DNA of 64,000 nucleotides, from contig CM022665.1 in NCBI GenBank assembly GCA_012295275.1, positions 8,122,001-8,186,000 on the forward strand, read 5' to 3'. Below, in pieces: positions 1 to 14,400 of this stretch. A program made the position numbers and the translations under genes. Every line of letters starts with the position of its first letter. Within the stretch, counting starts at the first letter, position 1. The stretch is from Chrysomallon squamiferum (taxonomy: Eukaryota > Animalia > Mollusca). The notes below the pieces were generated by a model that was not told the DNA's origin, did not search any database, and saw nothing but the letters and a program-made list of their open reading frames with translations.

Positions 1-3000
1 GTAATATATACTAGTTTTATTATAAAAATTAAAAATACTGGTGCTATTCCAAAAAGGAGTTTATATTATGGTTATACATTGTAAACCGTAAAATTATAGT
101 AACTAGTGATCATGTTTTGGGCAAAACTCCCATTGTTCACAATCATTTAACAGCATAAAATATATCTGCACTATCTATTTTGTTGCTTATTTTAGAACAA
201 TAGTAAATCAAAACATTACTGAACCTTAACAAGACATGTAATTTTATACAACTAAGCTTTATTAAAAAAACACCTGTTAAGCAAGGAAATAAAACTGTTC
301 ACAAAGAACTAACAGTTGTGTCAGATGTTCTAACCTCACCAAGTATACAGTTGCAAAATATCTCATCAACTGAAAGCCAGACTTTGAGCTTAAGAGGTGA
401 GTCCAAATGTTAAATTTAAAACGTGTTTTAACAAGTAACTGTCTGAACAATGAATTAAAGAGACACTCTGCCATCCAGGTGTATTTGTGTGTAAGTCAAT
501 ACAATTTTCAGTGACCTCTATATCTCTAAGTGTTGATTTTTATCATATGTAAATTTGGACAAAACATGATTTTGTGTCAGTGTCATGCTGCTCAGCCAGT
601 TAAGCCCACTGGTTATGTACACAGTAATAATAACAACAAGTATCAACAGACAAAAGATGGGATAATTTACTGTACAAATACTGAACTTGCAGAAAAGAAA
701 ATATTCATGTCCACACAGAGATGCAACTCAAATACGAAACTCTATTTACAAAAACTAAATAAATAAATAAATAAATAATAAAAAAATAAAAATAATTATA
801 AAAAAAAATGGTATAAATACGTACTTATATATATTTATTCTAAAAACCAAATTTTTACACAAAAAAAGTACATAAAGAAAGTGTGTAGCCAAAAGAATGT
901 ATTCAGTTCAGTTTGGTTTATTAAAACTAATTTACAATCTGACCAGACTTCATGTAGGTTGTCTGAAGTATGACCTACTAAACAAAAAAATTACAACACA
1001 ACAAAGATTTATCCTTAATAATCTCTCTGTGAGAATAAATCACCCATTTTTTATTGTGAGACAAAGAGATAGTGTTTTATACCTGCAGTGTATAATCATC
1101 ACTCCTAAACATGATAAAAAGGACAAGAAGTGCAAGGAAGCTCAAGTGTGGAATCTCCAACAGGACACCTCATACCTCCAGCTGTGCAACAAGAGCTATA
1201 ATATTGACTGAGGTATAAATCTTGAATTAAAGTAGCTTAAATATCAGCCTATCTGAAAAAAATGCAGATATGTATTTCTGATATATGACTGAAAAGCATG
1301 TTTACTGTGCATACATTATTCAGTTTCTTAGACAAACAGGTAGCTGGCTTTAGCTGTACAAAGTGACATAACTGTAAATAAAAACTGCTCCTTTGTCAGC
1401 ATTAGTCAGTTCATCTGTCAACAGAGGACTACACTTAGATGTAAAGAAAAATAATACAGCAACATGTTCTATGTACTGCATTTCATCTGTAAACCTTCAA
1501 TAATTTAATAAACATAAAATAAAACAGATGAACAAAATTATCATTAAAAAAACAACAACCAAAAAACAGAGACATTTCTTCTTCTTTTTTTTCTGAACTT
1601 ACAGTACTTACAAAATATTTCTTAACTAATGTCTGCGGCTGAGTATTTAAGTATGTGATATACAACTGGAAATTATTACTGTTACTAAAATTTAGTTGAA
1701 TTTTTATGAACACTGAGTTTTTAACCATCCTTTTCACTGTTCCACAGTCAAATTAATAATTAAATATTTTATTCAAGGTTTAATTAGATGTATGCAATAA
1801 ACTGATGATTAATTGGAGCTAAAACTATTAACATTTCAAAAATGTAAACCAGACGCCGAAGCCAAACTAGATATAAGGTATAAACATCTAACTTCTAGAA
1901 TTAGTTAGCACAATAAACAGCATATTATAGTACATGTAATTTTTTATGAAGATAGAAAAAATAAAAATGACAATGATACTGATTAATAATGTATTTTGTT
2001 TGTTCTGCGCTGTTAATCTTCTGCTGAAGTTGTTATTTGTATTCAGTGATATCACAACAACATAGTTAACACAGTTGTTCTGTAGATGTCATTTTACTGA
2101 TGTCATGCTTCATTAATATTTATAATTAACCAGCAGTGCTAAGCCACAGATACAACAGAGAATAAAAAGGCAATAGTAAAGGTTCAAGATCTGTTGTTGA
2201 TCTTGATCAACTGGAAAAACATGTGAGTGTTATTGGTTTTCTAAATTACTGTTTATATTTGTTTTCATGTATCTTTTCTCTTTGAATTCAAATTTGTGTC
2301 AGTAAATTATTACAGTGCAGAAGAATGATTTCAAATAGTAAATAAAAAAAAAAAAAAAAAAAAATGTGATTGGGAATGATTTCAAAGATTTAAAAAAAAA
2401 AATGTTTGATCTTAAATTGTTTATTTAGATGACAAATGACAATAAAGATAATAATAATAAAAAAAAATAATACTGATCAGTAGAAAATACACTATCATCT
2501 GGCTTAAAGAGACTTTATTGGAAACATATTAAAGGATTTACAGTTCTTACAAATAAATGAGAATTTTACTGACACTGATGATCAAGCTAATATACAATGA
2601 CAGTACACAGGCTTTTTAGAAAAATAACAGCTAATATTTAATGTAGTTTTTGGATCTTGGCTGGATATTAACATGAAAAATAAACTTGAGAATAAATAAA
2701 TTAATAATTCAATAAGTAGTTATATTCTATACATTATTTCAAATAAGTCAGACAAATGACAGCTTACATTACTATATCCAACATCGAAAGGGAAAGAATT
2801 GAAAATGTGTCATTAGACAATTCATTTTATTTTACCATTTGTTTTGCTTCATAAAATAATTATGCTGACAGTTCTCTTCACTATTTAACTGTGACAATAT
2901 TCTGAGTCTTTTTCATGGCTTAATGAAGTAGGTCAAATTTAGTGATAACTTCCAATATTACAAAACTATACCTACAAAATTTAATAAAGTAATGGCATTG

Positions 3001-3728
3001 TTGTTGATTGTTTGGATTTTTATTTTAATTTTTTATTAGTTTTTTTTTAATGAAAGAATACAATATATTGTAACTGCAAAATTACAACAAAAAACAACAA
3101 CGGAGGTCATGTTGATGGGGCAATTTCAACTATATACAATCTTTTAACAGCAGAACTATATCTACATTTTGGATTTTTTTTTACCAGAATGAAATAAAAT
3201 ACAAACCATTTAAAAACACCTCATAACAGATGCATTAATAACAAAGCTGAATTAATATTCATAATTATTTTATTTAATAAATAAAATTGAATAAACTTAC
3301 TTTATTCTTTTTTATTTTTTTATTTTTTTATTTATTTACTTATCTTTTTGTTTTGTTTTGTTTTATTTTATTATATTTTTGGGGAGATGCATCTAAACAT
3401 AACTACAGTACTAAGAAATATTAACCAAACTTCCAATTATCTCCCTTACATCAATGTTTCTACAGTTGACATGTAGTGTAATGGGAAAAATACAGAAATA
3501 ATGTTGATAATTTTAATATTTATTAATCAGTAAAGAGTAAATGAAGTAGAAGAACATTGTCTAAATGAAACAGATAACAAGGATACAGTGTTTATCATTA
3601 AGTTATTCCATAGAATAAAATAATGTAGTGATGTGACATTTAACTTTTTAAGTTATGGAAACAGATATGAATTGTTTTTTTGTCAGAGGTTCCATCCCAG
3701 TCATTATGTTGTAAGAATAAAACGTATA

Positions 3729-4470
3729 CAGTGATACCTGTGTGGCCCAGCTAAAGTGTCCATACATCAGAGGGACAAAAATTAAAAAAATGTTAAAACA
3801 TATTTACTATCTTTATTTACATCCATCATACCAGTACCCACAACAAACATAAATCGCTGTGGACGGGCATTGTAATAGCAAGCATCATGGCTTTCTCCTA
3901 AAACACAATTGCAAACACATTGAGTTCACTGGTGTAAATAAAACATATTTTGCACATCATAAAGCTCATACTAAGATTACAGTATATTTATGCTTTACAA
4001 AATATTGTGTTTAAAACCCAAATAGATGTCTGATTTGTGCCAGCCATACAATCTGAGACATGGTTTTTTAAATTTTACTTTTATAAAACAGAAATATGCA
4101 TGGAATGTTTGAATTATCAAAATTCTGTACCAAATGGGCAATTGTTTGGTGATTGCAGTCCACAGGCTACTTCTGATTCAACAAAAATAACACTTCCAGC
4201 ATGCACAATGAGGTGCAGGAGATGGGCGATGTCATCTTTAAAAAAAAAATCTTATAAATCTGCCATACAGCAATAAAATTATTTATTTTGGAGCAAAACA
4301 AATCCATATCAGTATGAGTGTCCGGTTTAGCAGGGGAATAATGATTAAAAATGCTGTCTGCTTCCATGTTCAATAGATGTCCGCTGATCTAAGGGACTTA
4401 CTTGTTCAAAAATCGGGACTCAGAAAAGTGACTGTACATTGTAGGTGGCTGCTAAAGACAGGTACCACAG
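3729..4470. mobile_element. Non-autonomous Tc1/mariner (pogo/Tigger-like) element, degraded
   Basis: Imperfect TIRs: CAGTGATACCTGTGT at 3729 and AGACAGGTACCACAG ending at 4470 (12/15 match), each flanked by TA. The right end GGTGGCTGCTAAAGACAGGTACCACAG-TA resembles Tigger-type MITE ends. Confidence 0.45.
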
Positions 4471-5182
4471 TATACATATATAATTAAAAAAAAACATTTA
4501 AAATGCTTGCTAAAAACAAAAATCATATAAAATTTAAATGGCATTTTACACTCTTATATACAGTTAGAATTATTTAGGTGAAATTCTGTATTTAGTTTTT
4601 ATTCAGTATCTGTGGTCTATTAGCTGTGGCATCCACATATCACATTCTAATACATACTATGTCTGTGTGTGCATTTATGTTCACAAATATTTGTGGTATA
4701 TACCAATACAGACAAACACTATTGGTCCGTTTTTATTTTTTATTTTTTATTTTTTTTTTATATATAAATATATTATACTGAAATAATGCAATAGCAAAAA
4801 AAAAAAAATATATATATATATATTGACTCTATTAAAATAACAAGTCCATAAAACAAAAATGTGTTTAGTGTAACAGTTTGTGAGGTTATCTTCAATAATT
4901 TTCTGGTTGTTCTCTGGAATATTATCAGACTGATAGGCAATGCTAGTTTTAATTTCATTCCCAAATTGAATTATGTAAGATAAAGTGTTTAAATAAATGT
5001 ATAGCTATGATTAGAATATTTTGACAGGGTACTTCAAAATCAAAACTATTAAGATATTGACCAGTAAAAGGAACAGATTGTATGTGCTATAAAATATTTT
5101 ATGATTTAAACCATTTACACTGACTTTAAAAATGCTTCTCATCATATTCTCACTTATAAATACTTTTTAATAAGGTACTTAC

Positions 5183-8100
5183 CTGGTCAGCAGTAGTGAG
5201 AGGACAGACTGTAGCAAGATACTGAACAAGTTTGTAATGTTCACCAACTTTGAAATGACGGCCTTCACCTTGACTGTACAACCACTCAGCTTGAAGTCTG
5301 TAACATTTATTAAATAAGTGAAGTTTCACATTTTCAAATATACATAAACAAGATGACTGTACTAAAAATATAATATTTTACTTTAAAATATGAATTTGTC
5401 AAACTTGATAAATATGAACTATACAATACAATCTTCTTCCAGATAACATATAGAGAAAGATAAAATACATTACATAATATCACAAATATATCCTCATAAA
5501 AAGTTCTTTATCACCAACTCTCTCACACACACACACTCAATCACATGCATACACACATGTGCATGATTGCGCACGCACACATACACTCACACACACACAC
5601 ACAAATTTATTCTTTACATATATTACCTTTCTTTCTCTGATATAACATAGCCATCAAGAAGCTGAAGTGTAAAACACCAGTTCAAAACAAATGGGCGATA
5701 ATCAAATCCTGTTACTATGTTAAGAAAAAAGAGTTTTGTTTTAAAATTCAAATTAAATTGTTTCTATTGAAATAGGTGCACACACTTATGTAATAAGGCA
5801 CATGGTAATTTTATTCACAAATCATCCCTCATCCAGGCAAAGGTAATTAAATGTCAGTTTCTGCATCCAGATACAGCTAAATTAGTAGGCTGAACATATC
5901 ATATTGTATTTAACAGATATTAACATCCCATGTCTTGTGCAGATATATTAATAAAAGTATTCTCAAATGTGAAATGAATGTTAACTTGTGCCTTAAAGAA
6001 CTAAGTATCAATATTTTAAGCAATTAACTGGGCATTACAAGTCTTCAAAAACAGACAAAAATAGACATCGTCCGTCTGAACTGGACATTTAACTTTACTA
6101 CTACAGAGGCAATTCTGTGTCCAACTGAAATTCAATTTTTAAAAGGTATGTATTTATACTGTACATAAAAACATCAAATTGGACCAGAAAGTTCAATTTA
6201 CTCAAAATTAACAATACACCACATTATTTATAAATTCAAAACATAGTTTATTATAACTTCATATTTACAGTAGTAAAGAGACAGTTCAGGTTTTAAGAAC
6301 AGCGAACTTTGAACTCTGAAACTGGATCCTTTGCCTCATCCTAGGTGTCACTAATGCTTTCTAAGTTTCACTAAGACTATGGTAGTGATGCCTAAGATGT
6401 GGCATGGACTCATGGATAAGGTTATTTTAAGGTCCATTTCAGTTCAGTTCAACCCTTTTTGTATGCACCTCACATTTATACAAAGTATTTTAATTTCTAA
6501 ATGTATGATATTGTGTGTATACAAGTAGCCAATGCATAGCACCATATATATACTGTAACAGTGAAAGGATATTGAATGCCTGCTGTCATATTCACACAGG
6601 GATTGCCAGCCAAGGATAACTGCTCAAGATGAGTCAAACTAGATAAGTAGCAAACCTACAAGAAAAATAAACCTGATTTTAACATCATCATAAATTTAAA
6701 GGTAAATATTCACCACCATTTAACCAATGAGTATATTTTAACCAAAAAGTTTTAAAAAAAGAAAAAAGTTATGATTTTTCTTATTTACTATACATCTTTG
6801 TTTTTACTTTTAACTGCTCTAAGAGTATTTAAGTCAATCATCATTTCTTGACAACAAGGAAACATAATGCACAAATGCAAAACAAATGAGTATAAAAGTA
6901 TCAGTTTAGTGTCAGTGTAAACATAATTTAAACAAATAATAGGAACACTGTGTGTTACATTTGTATTATCAGTGTTCTGAATGTGTGTGTAAAAACATAC
7001 TGGCTTCTTTGTGTATTGCAATGATGTAAACAAATTAACATTAGCTGATTGCATCAAGTTTATTACTTTCAATTTGATCTAAATTCAAGCATTTACCTCA
7101 CACAAATCATGAATATTGTTACTCTCCAGAGACAGTACATTGACGGACTGAGACAGGAATGCAGGGACAGGTTTTAGTGATGACACAAGATTTCCATGTA
7201 ATAATAATGTCTGCAAAGATGATAAAAATAAAAATTTGCTGGAATATTGTTGTTTTTCGTTTTTAAAAAAATCTGACAAAATTATTTTTTTTTTTAAATG
7301 TAGGAATTGTGTTTAAAATGATATATAAACTGGAATTGAAATTTGTAAAATAATCTGCACCTTTATCTTAAATTTGGTTTTCTGTACTTTTTTAAAAGAT
7401 AAAATACAAGTTGTTAAAAACATGAACTGTGCCATTTTTACCTTTAATGAAAAACAAAGAAAAAGAAAGATAAAAATGTTCTTGCTGATAATTAGAAAAA
7501 AAAGAGTCAATTTTTATTTTGTATACAAGTTCTTTATTTCACACAATAAATATAAAATAAATCCCATTTATAAAACTTATACAAGCCACAATTGAAAAAC
7601 AACAGGTTTAGGATAATGAAGTCAACACTATAACGATATATAAAAACTTAGACCAATCAGTCCACAATTAAAGAGAATTAGATTTAATTCCAGGACAAAC
7701 ATAAAAAAAACAGTGTTATTGTCTTGAAAAAATGCAACAGATCTCAGTATCATAAACATCCATATATAACAATGTTATCATCATCGTTGTCATTGCTGCT
7801 TATTATTTGTATTTAAAATTACATACTGACACAAACCTTTAATTTTATTAAGGCAGATAAGTCGCCAACTGCTGAAATTCTGTTTTCTGAGAGATCCAGA
7901 TGTCGAAGATTGACATTGTGACAGAGATTTTCAATTACCTAAAGATAATTTAATTACATGTTGGTAACATGGGTTTTATAAATATCTTTCTCAATTATAT
8001 TACAAACCAACTTTATATATAAAAATATTTTGTAATATTATGTTAACACAATTACCTTTAACAGATATTAAAGTGTAAATGTTGTATATAAATTGTTGAA

Positions 8101-10556
8101 AAATGTTATTATTTCTTTGGAGAACCTCAATCTTTTCTGTATGAACATATGCCAGTAACAAGTCAAATATCCCTTCTTAGTTATTATCAAAGATTGATGT
8201 CTATCAACAAATAAAACAAAAATAATTATCAGGAAATATACAAAACGCATAAGTATACAATCACTGAAACTCTTTAAAATAACTAATATTTAGTCTTAAA
8301 CACAACAATATGGGTATTAATCCACTCAACTCTGATTTTTTAATAGCTACAACTGTAATTACAGAAAATGTAGAGTATATTAATGAAACAGCAAATTACT
8401 TACTTTGATTTTGTTACCTGAGAGATCAAGCCAGGTAAGCTCTGTCAGTTTGGATAAACCTAAATCAATTATACAAATTACCTGCATTTAAATTTAAATG
8501 GGAATAAACTTATTAAACAACTGATGGGGAAAAACTATTAATCAGAGATGTTATTATGAATTATACTTTTTATCTACGTTTTCAATATCTACCTTAGTAT
8601 GAACATTTATAATATACTTATTTTTTTATGAATCCACCTTTTCTGTTTATTCAGGTATCTCCAGCAAATTAAATTATGCATAAATGCACATTTATTTAAA
8701 ATCATAAAATGAATGTGTCCCTAAGTTAATGTGGATATTCCTTTACATCCTTTAGACCATCTTCTTTTTTAAAAAGGTGATTAACAGGTGTGTGTGCATG
8801 CGTGCGTGCGTGCGTGTGTGTGTCTTTACATTTGTTTGTGTATATCTACTTACGTATGAAAGTATGATTGTTTGTACTGATATTATTGATCATATATATG
8901 TTTGTATGTTTATGTGGGATATATATTTACGTTATGTAAATTGAAGCAAACCTTCTATATGTACAATGTTGTTGTTAGAAAGGTTCAGTATACTTAGATC
9001 AAGAAAGGTGCTCAAGCCAATCATCCTGCTAATTTTATTGGATGCCAATGATAACTGAAAATAGAAATATTCCTAATCACATTATTTTTTTATAGTTTTC
9101 TTTTGACCAAACAAATAATATATATATATATATATATAAACTCTACAACTGGTACTAATAAAAAAAACATGATTTGAAAAAACAGATAAACAAAAATGTT
9201 TAAAGATTCTTTGATAAATACTTTTAAAAACAATTATAATAGTAAATTTAACCCAAATGATGTTCTAGACACTGTTTTCAAATCATGTGTACCTGCTGCA
9301 AATCCTTAGAGTTATCAATATTTTCTATTACTGTGATATTATTTTGGTCAAAAATTAAACCAACTGGAGATACATCTGGAGGCAGTTCAATCACAGACAA
9401 TCCAAACCCAGTGAAGTCCAGTACATCACCATCTGATTCTGAAAAACAAACATAATAATATAAAAAGTAAAAAAAAAAGAAAAAAAAACTGAAAAAAGCA
9501 TTGGCTTCTGTTGTTTTTTGTTTTAATAAGGACTGTCTTGTTTTATTTTGGAAGGATGTTTTGTTAAAGTTTTTTAATGGGACGAAAATAATATTTAATA
9601 CTGTTTTCTTTTCTCAATGAATCAAACAATTTTGATATGAATAAATTATTATCAATACTTTAACCAATTTCAATTTTAATTTTTTTAATGATACTTAATA
9701 GCTGTAATGTTCTGTATAATCACAGAATATAGGAAACTTGATTAACAGCAAGGAATGTTTTATATGTTTTCACACAGACACATGTATAGGCCTCTGATAA
9801 ACCAATCATGAAACACTATCCCTATGGAAGCACCAAGGAGGGGTGATTTCCAGCTTCGGATTGTATAAACATTTTTATCAACCAGATTGTGAGAGTTAAC
9901 AAACAGGTTAAAAGATAAATCAACTAACAATGGAAGCATAAAGAATGATAATATTTATTCAGTTTAAAAACGTAAATCTTGTTTATTTAACTCAGGTTTT
10001 TAAAACAATTTTGTTTATGCCATATTTTTTACAAATAATTTGAGTTCTTAACATATCATGTTATTATTTATTAAAGTTTCTTCAGTGATATTGTTTTATA
10101 ATTAATAACTGGAATACCATTACCCAGTAAACCTATGGTCCTATCTGAAATAACTACAAACAACTATGGTTCCAGTATGTTAACAAATAGGTAGTTCATA
10201 AATTATCTGCAAAAACAAATGGTATTGCAGTGTCATATCAGACTTGCATTTTGCATTTTTGGTAATATTTATTCTATTCTCTAGACTTTTGTTTTCAAAT
10301 AAAATTCAAAAGTAGAATCATTGTTAAGTGCAATTTTTCTTCAAAACCAAACAAGGAGGTGGAGGGGAGGAATAAAACACAAAAACAGTATGATGGTTAT
10401 TTTAATACTTCTTTTGTTTTATGGTAATGTTTATAATTTATAAACTTATTTCATTTTCAGCATTTAATACAGACATCACACTAATGAACATATTAATAAT
10501 GACATATATATTTCTTGTAAATATTTGCAAGATAATAAATGATAATCATGATAATA

Positions 10557-10602
<46 letters not shown>

Positions 10603-10993
10603 TATGGATCAAATAAACGAGCGAACTCAAAACCAATAAATTATGTTTAGTAAATTCTGCAGAATAAATATTTTGGTATGGAAAACATTATGAAATATTA
10701 TTCGAACATTTACATTAGCTCACTAGTATCTGTGTTAGGCTGCCACAAAAGAGTAATTCTACAGTCTGTCTTATTTCAGGTTTAGTTTACATTGACAACA
10801 CTCTCCTTAACAAGCAGTTATCGGCGATCTGTTACAATTTTATATATTTAAATATCATTAAGAAATTAGAACATTTTAACACCATTATATTTATAGGTTC
10901 TGATTAATAGAGATTATCCTTGTAAAAAATTTAACATTAACAACTTTCCTCAATACAAAAGCTCAAATTGAAATTAATACCTTCGTCAGCCAT
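5183..10993 (-). CDS. CEP97: Centrosomal protein of 97 kDa (LRR region); 5' part, 9 coding exons, 272 codons; downstream exons not located
   Basis: Phase-consistent exons: 10993-10981, 9438-9293, 9054-8952, 8459-8404, 7938-7837, 7210-7097, 6655-6573, 5710-5627, 5297-5183. Translation: [18 protein letters not shown]...[14 protein letters not shown]...[19 protein letters not shown]...[12 protein letters not shown]...[62 protein letters not shown]. This matches CEP97 motifs (GFDYRP..WC..L..LDGY, [11 protein letters not shown], [11 protein letters not shown]). Confidence 0.93.
5711..6572 (-). other. U12-type (minor spliceosome) AT-AC intron in CEP97
   Basis: On the minus strand the 5' end reads ATATCCTTTC and the 3' end reads TTTTCTTAAC-ATAGTAAC (branch-point-like motif about 10 nt from the terminal AC). 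This junction keeps the frame (...AGI Q GFDYRP...), whereas the nearby AG acceptor gives a stop. Confidence 0.88.
9748..9850. mobile_element. Possible degraded SINE fragment in CEP97 intron 1
   Basis: AGCAAGGAATGTTTTATATG...CACACAGACA...GGCCTCTGATAAACCAATCATG resembles, from memory, a common gastropod SINE core. Not verified. Confidence 0.25.
10557..10602. repeat. (TAT)n microsatellite
   Basis: About 15 tandem TAT units. Confidence 0.95.
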
Positions 10994-11422
10994 TTTGTAA
11001 TATCCCGCTTCCACATGGGGGTCAAATATCTTTGAACTCAAAATATTCAAGCACATATATTGGTATAGGGTTGTACTAAAAATGATTTATAAAATGTGCG
11101 TGAATGATTTTAAAGGGTTTTTGCAATTAATATGAGATGCTGATGTTGAATATGACAAAGAACCACATAATTCCTTTAAACAATTTGTAATATTTATTTT
11201 AAACTTTTAACAGTTTTTTATGTTTTGTTTTGTTTATTTTAATTTCAAATGCATTTGAAATAAATATAGATCAAATATACAGTTAAACAATATATTTTAT
11301 TTCGCACAAAATACTTGGCTTGAGTATACACATGTGGTGTTACTCGGTATTAAATTATACCGGATATTCAACTTACTGCTGTTCTACATAACAACTCATT
11401 CCTTCCTTTTCCGGTTACAAAG
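10994..11422. promoter_or_regulatory. Compact bidirectional promoter region CEP97/RPL24 with TCT (5'TOP) initiator
   Basis: Divergent ATGs at 10993(-) and 11423(+). The pyrimidine tract CCTTCCTTTTCC at 11401-11412 fits the ribosomal-protein TCT motif (predicted +1 about C11406). ETS-like TTCCGG at 11409-11414. YY1-like AAAATGGC overlaps the CEP97 ATG. Confidence 0.7.
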
Positions 11423-14400
11423 ATGAAGTATGTTGTTCCTAAATTTTTTGTTAAATTTTGAATCTCTCTCATCGCCGTAAATTCGTGACAGTTTATCTTT
11501 TCCAAATATACTAATAAAGGCTTAGATTTATTTGTTTAATATCAGAATGATATTTTAATTTTTTAGGATCGAATTGTGCTCATTCAGTGGGTACAAAATC
11601 TACCCAGGCCATGGGAAGAAAATGGTAAAAGCCGATGGCAGGGTAAGTTAAAGAACAACCAGTTTATTATTATTATTACACGATGTATGCAGTCAGTGAC
11701 CAATATAATGAATATTAACTCAGTAGCAGTATCTAAGTATGAAAATAACCCATAAACCTGTTAAATTTAAAAATTGTCATCTTCATTATTCTTCATATCG
11801 GTTCTAACACATTTTTAACAAAAGAAAAGAAAAAAGTATTATTGTCAAATAACGATGTTTTTTTGGCCAATCAAAAGACATTATGAATATTGGCCAGAAG
11901 AAAGACCGACAGAAAAGAACAAAAAAATTAAAACTCTACAAAGATGACCACATTTCAAAGTTGATCGAATATAGGAATTAAGTTTTACTTAATAAACTGA
12001 TATATGATCTTATTCTGCCTTTAAATGTAGAGTAAATTAGCTAATGTTCATCAACTACGTGAAAATAAAAGTAGATTTATTTTTATAATTATGGATTATT
12101 CCTATTAATTAACTGTTAATTATAAAATTAATAATTTACCATTATGTCTGTCAGTGTTACCTACTACTGGCTATAGGTCTAGATGCATATAATATTTTAA
12201 TCAAAAACTTTTATTACTTTTTACATTAAAAAGGTACCGCCAGGCTAGCTGATAAAATTGGTCAAAGCTGTTAAAAGTTCAGATTTTGGCCAATTTCCTC
12301 CACTCCCAAATCCCTTCTATAAATCTTAACATAAAAAACAAATACATGTAACTAAAGATCTTTGTGTTCTTTTAAATGGTGGTGTTGTTCTTGTATGTTA
12401 AATTGGGGTAAACGCACTTCGGTGCCCATGGTCAGCAATTAACAGCATGCAGTAAAAAGTCCTAAAATAGGGTTGCTCTGCAAACACCTAGCTTGTTTTT
12501 TCGCCAAAATGGCTTCAATGTTATTTTTAGCACAGCTAGGAGAGTCAAAGTTCAATCGTTCTAACCATGTGCATGTCATCGCTGGCAATGGCTTATATCA
12601 AAAGTTGTCAAAAAATGTACTTTTTAAAGCCTTCAAACCAATTTTGAAAAAAACAGGCTGAAAATAAAACCTGTGTTCATGGGATCAAATGAAAGATCAT
12701 TCAATTACCTTTCAAACAATGTGTCTTCTTTGGCGAAAACAAGCTCTGCATTTCAACGTAGCACGTCCTTAGCGAAATCGCCATTACGTTACGTTTTTTA
12801 CAGAACGAAATAGCTGTAGGTTTTATGTACAGCTAGAAAGGTCTGGTGCTGTTTAAAATGATTATATTTATACGTTGTTTATATTTTTAACAACTTGTTG
12901 GTTGTTTGTTTTTCTTCAAGGTTCCTATTTTTAGCGTATACATTATAGCATGTGTGTAGCGAAAATGCATTCTGAAATAAATAAAATTAACATTGTTTTG
13001 CCGATTACTATCTTCAGTTTAAAACCGTCGGTTATTTTGCTTTCAGATAAACGTCAAATTAAGAATCTAACAACAAACTATACAACATAATAGAACAGTA
13101 TATTCAGAGGTATTGATGGAATGCTGAATAAAAATTTAATCACTTTTTTAAAATATAAAATCATAAACTGATCAGTTTTAAAACATTATTTTTGCTTGTT
13201 GATAAGCTCTATCAGAGAAAATTTCAACAATGGTCAGATGATAGGTAACTTTTGTTTGCTGTCAAATCACAGCAAGTACAAAGCTAAGAAAATTCTTTTA
13301 TGTTTGCTTCAAATGACAGACCTATAACACCTGTGTCTTTAATTGCCTCTAGTCTCATGATTACATACATTTTATTGTCCCTGATTAGTACCTGCAACAC
13401 CTTTCTGGAGTTGACTCCAAGGATTAGCTGAGTTTATGTATTGCAAAGGATTATGGTTAAACATCAAATGCTTGTAGACCTTTTAAGTAACATTTATATA
13501 TATATGATATATACATATCACAGTATCTCAACAAAATACTACCACAAACATACATACAGGCTCATTTAGCAAGTTGGTCCCATCACTTTTGTTGATTTTC
13601 AGCCTTTTGTGTGAATTACTTTTCAAACTACAGTTGGCCAAAGTAGCCCTTTTTGCTAATTAGCCAAAATACGGCTGAAAACCACCCAAATTCCTCTCGT
13701 ACCAATCTGCATATATCTTCTTAACCGCTGGAGATAGTCATGATTTTTTGTCTGTTTTCATTATTATTGCTACAGCTTTCATTATGTGCAATTTTTTTTG
13801 TTGCATATTATGTGAAATTAAAGTCAGAAAACATTTGCCTGCTGGTATCCACGTTAAATAATCTTAATTCAACATTCAAAATTTCCACAAGAATGATTAA
13901 TGCTTTAATGTCATTTCACAAAGTTTATATATTAACTGCATACAGTAATTTGTTTTATAACTGATTTCAGTGATGTGTGTATTTTCACTTAATTATTGGT
14001 ATATTTTACAAGTAATTAAAAAAAAACATTCTGAAAACTTAAGTTGACCTATATGTAATGCTTGCATATTTTACATTTTTGCTGGTTACTTCCCTTGAAT
14101 ATGATTTTGATTATTTATCAACAATAATTAAAAAACATTTGTGTTTTATGGAAAATGTTTGCCTGAATGCATCCTGAGCAGTATCTATCATACTTGTTCC
14201 TAAACAAGGACTGATTCCAGTTGTAAAAAGTAAGACAATGTACATACACACAAGGTGTCAAAAGAAACATTTAAACATGGATGTATGTAATGGATTTGTA
14301 TTAGATTTATCTTTAACTTAAACTTGGTAGTAATATTTAGAAAATATGAAATTTTATTTTTAAAATTTTTAAGGTTAAGCTTTGATTCATTATTATTTAT

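Noticed and set aside
1-5182. Further CEP97 exons or another gene (short ORFs at 277, 530, 897, 1483, 4037, 4167, 4773)
   Set aside because: No frame with convincing splice sites matched the expected CEP97 continuation. The ORFs look like chance ORFs in AT-rich or TE-derived DNA.
12230-13050. CpG-enriched, TE-like segment in RPL24 intron 2
   Set aside because: Probably a transposon remnant, but no matching termini or target duplication could be defined.
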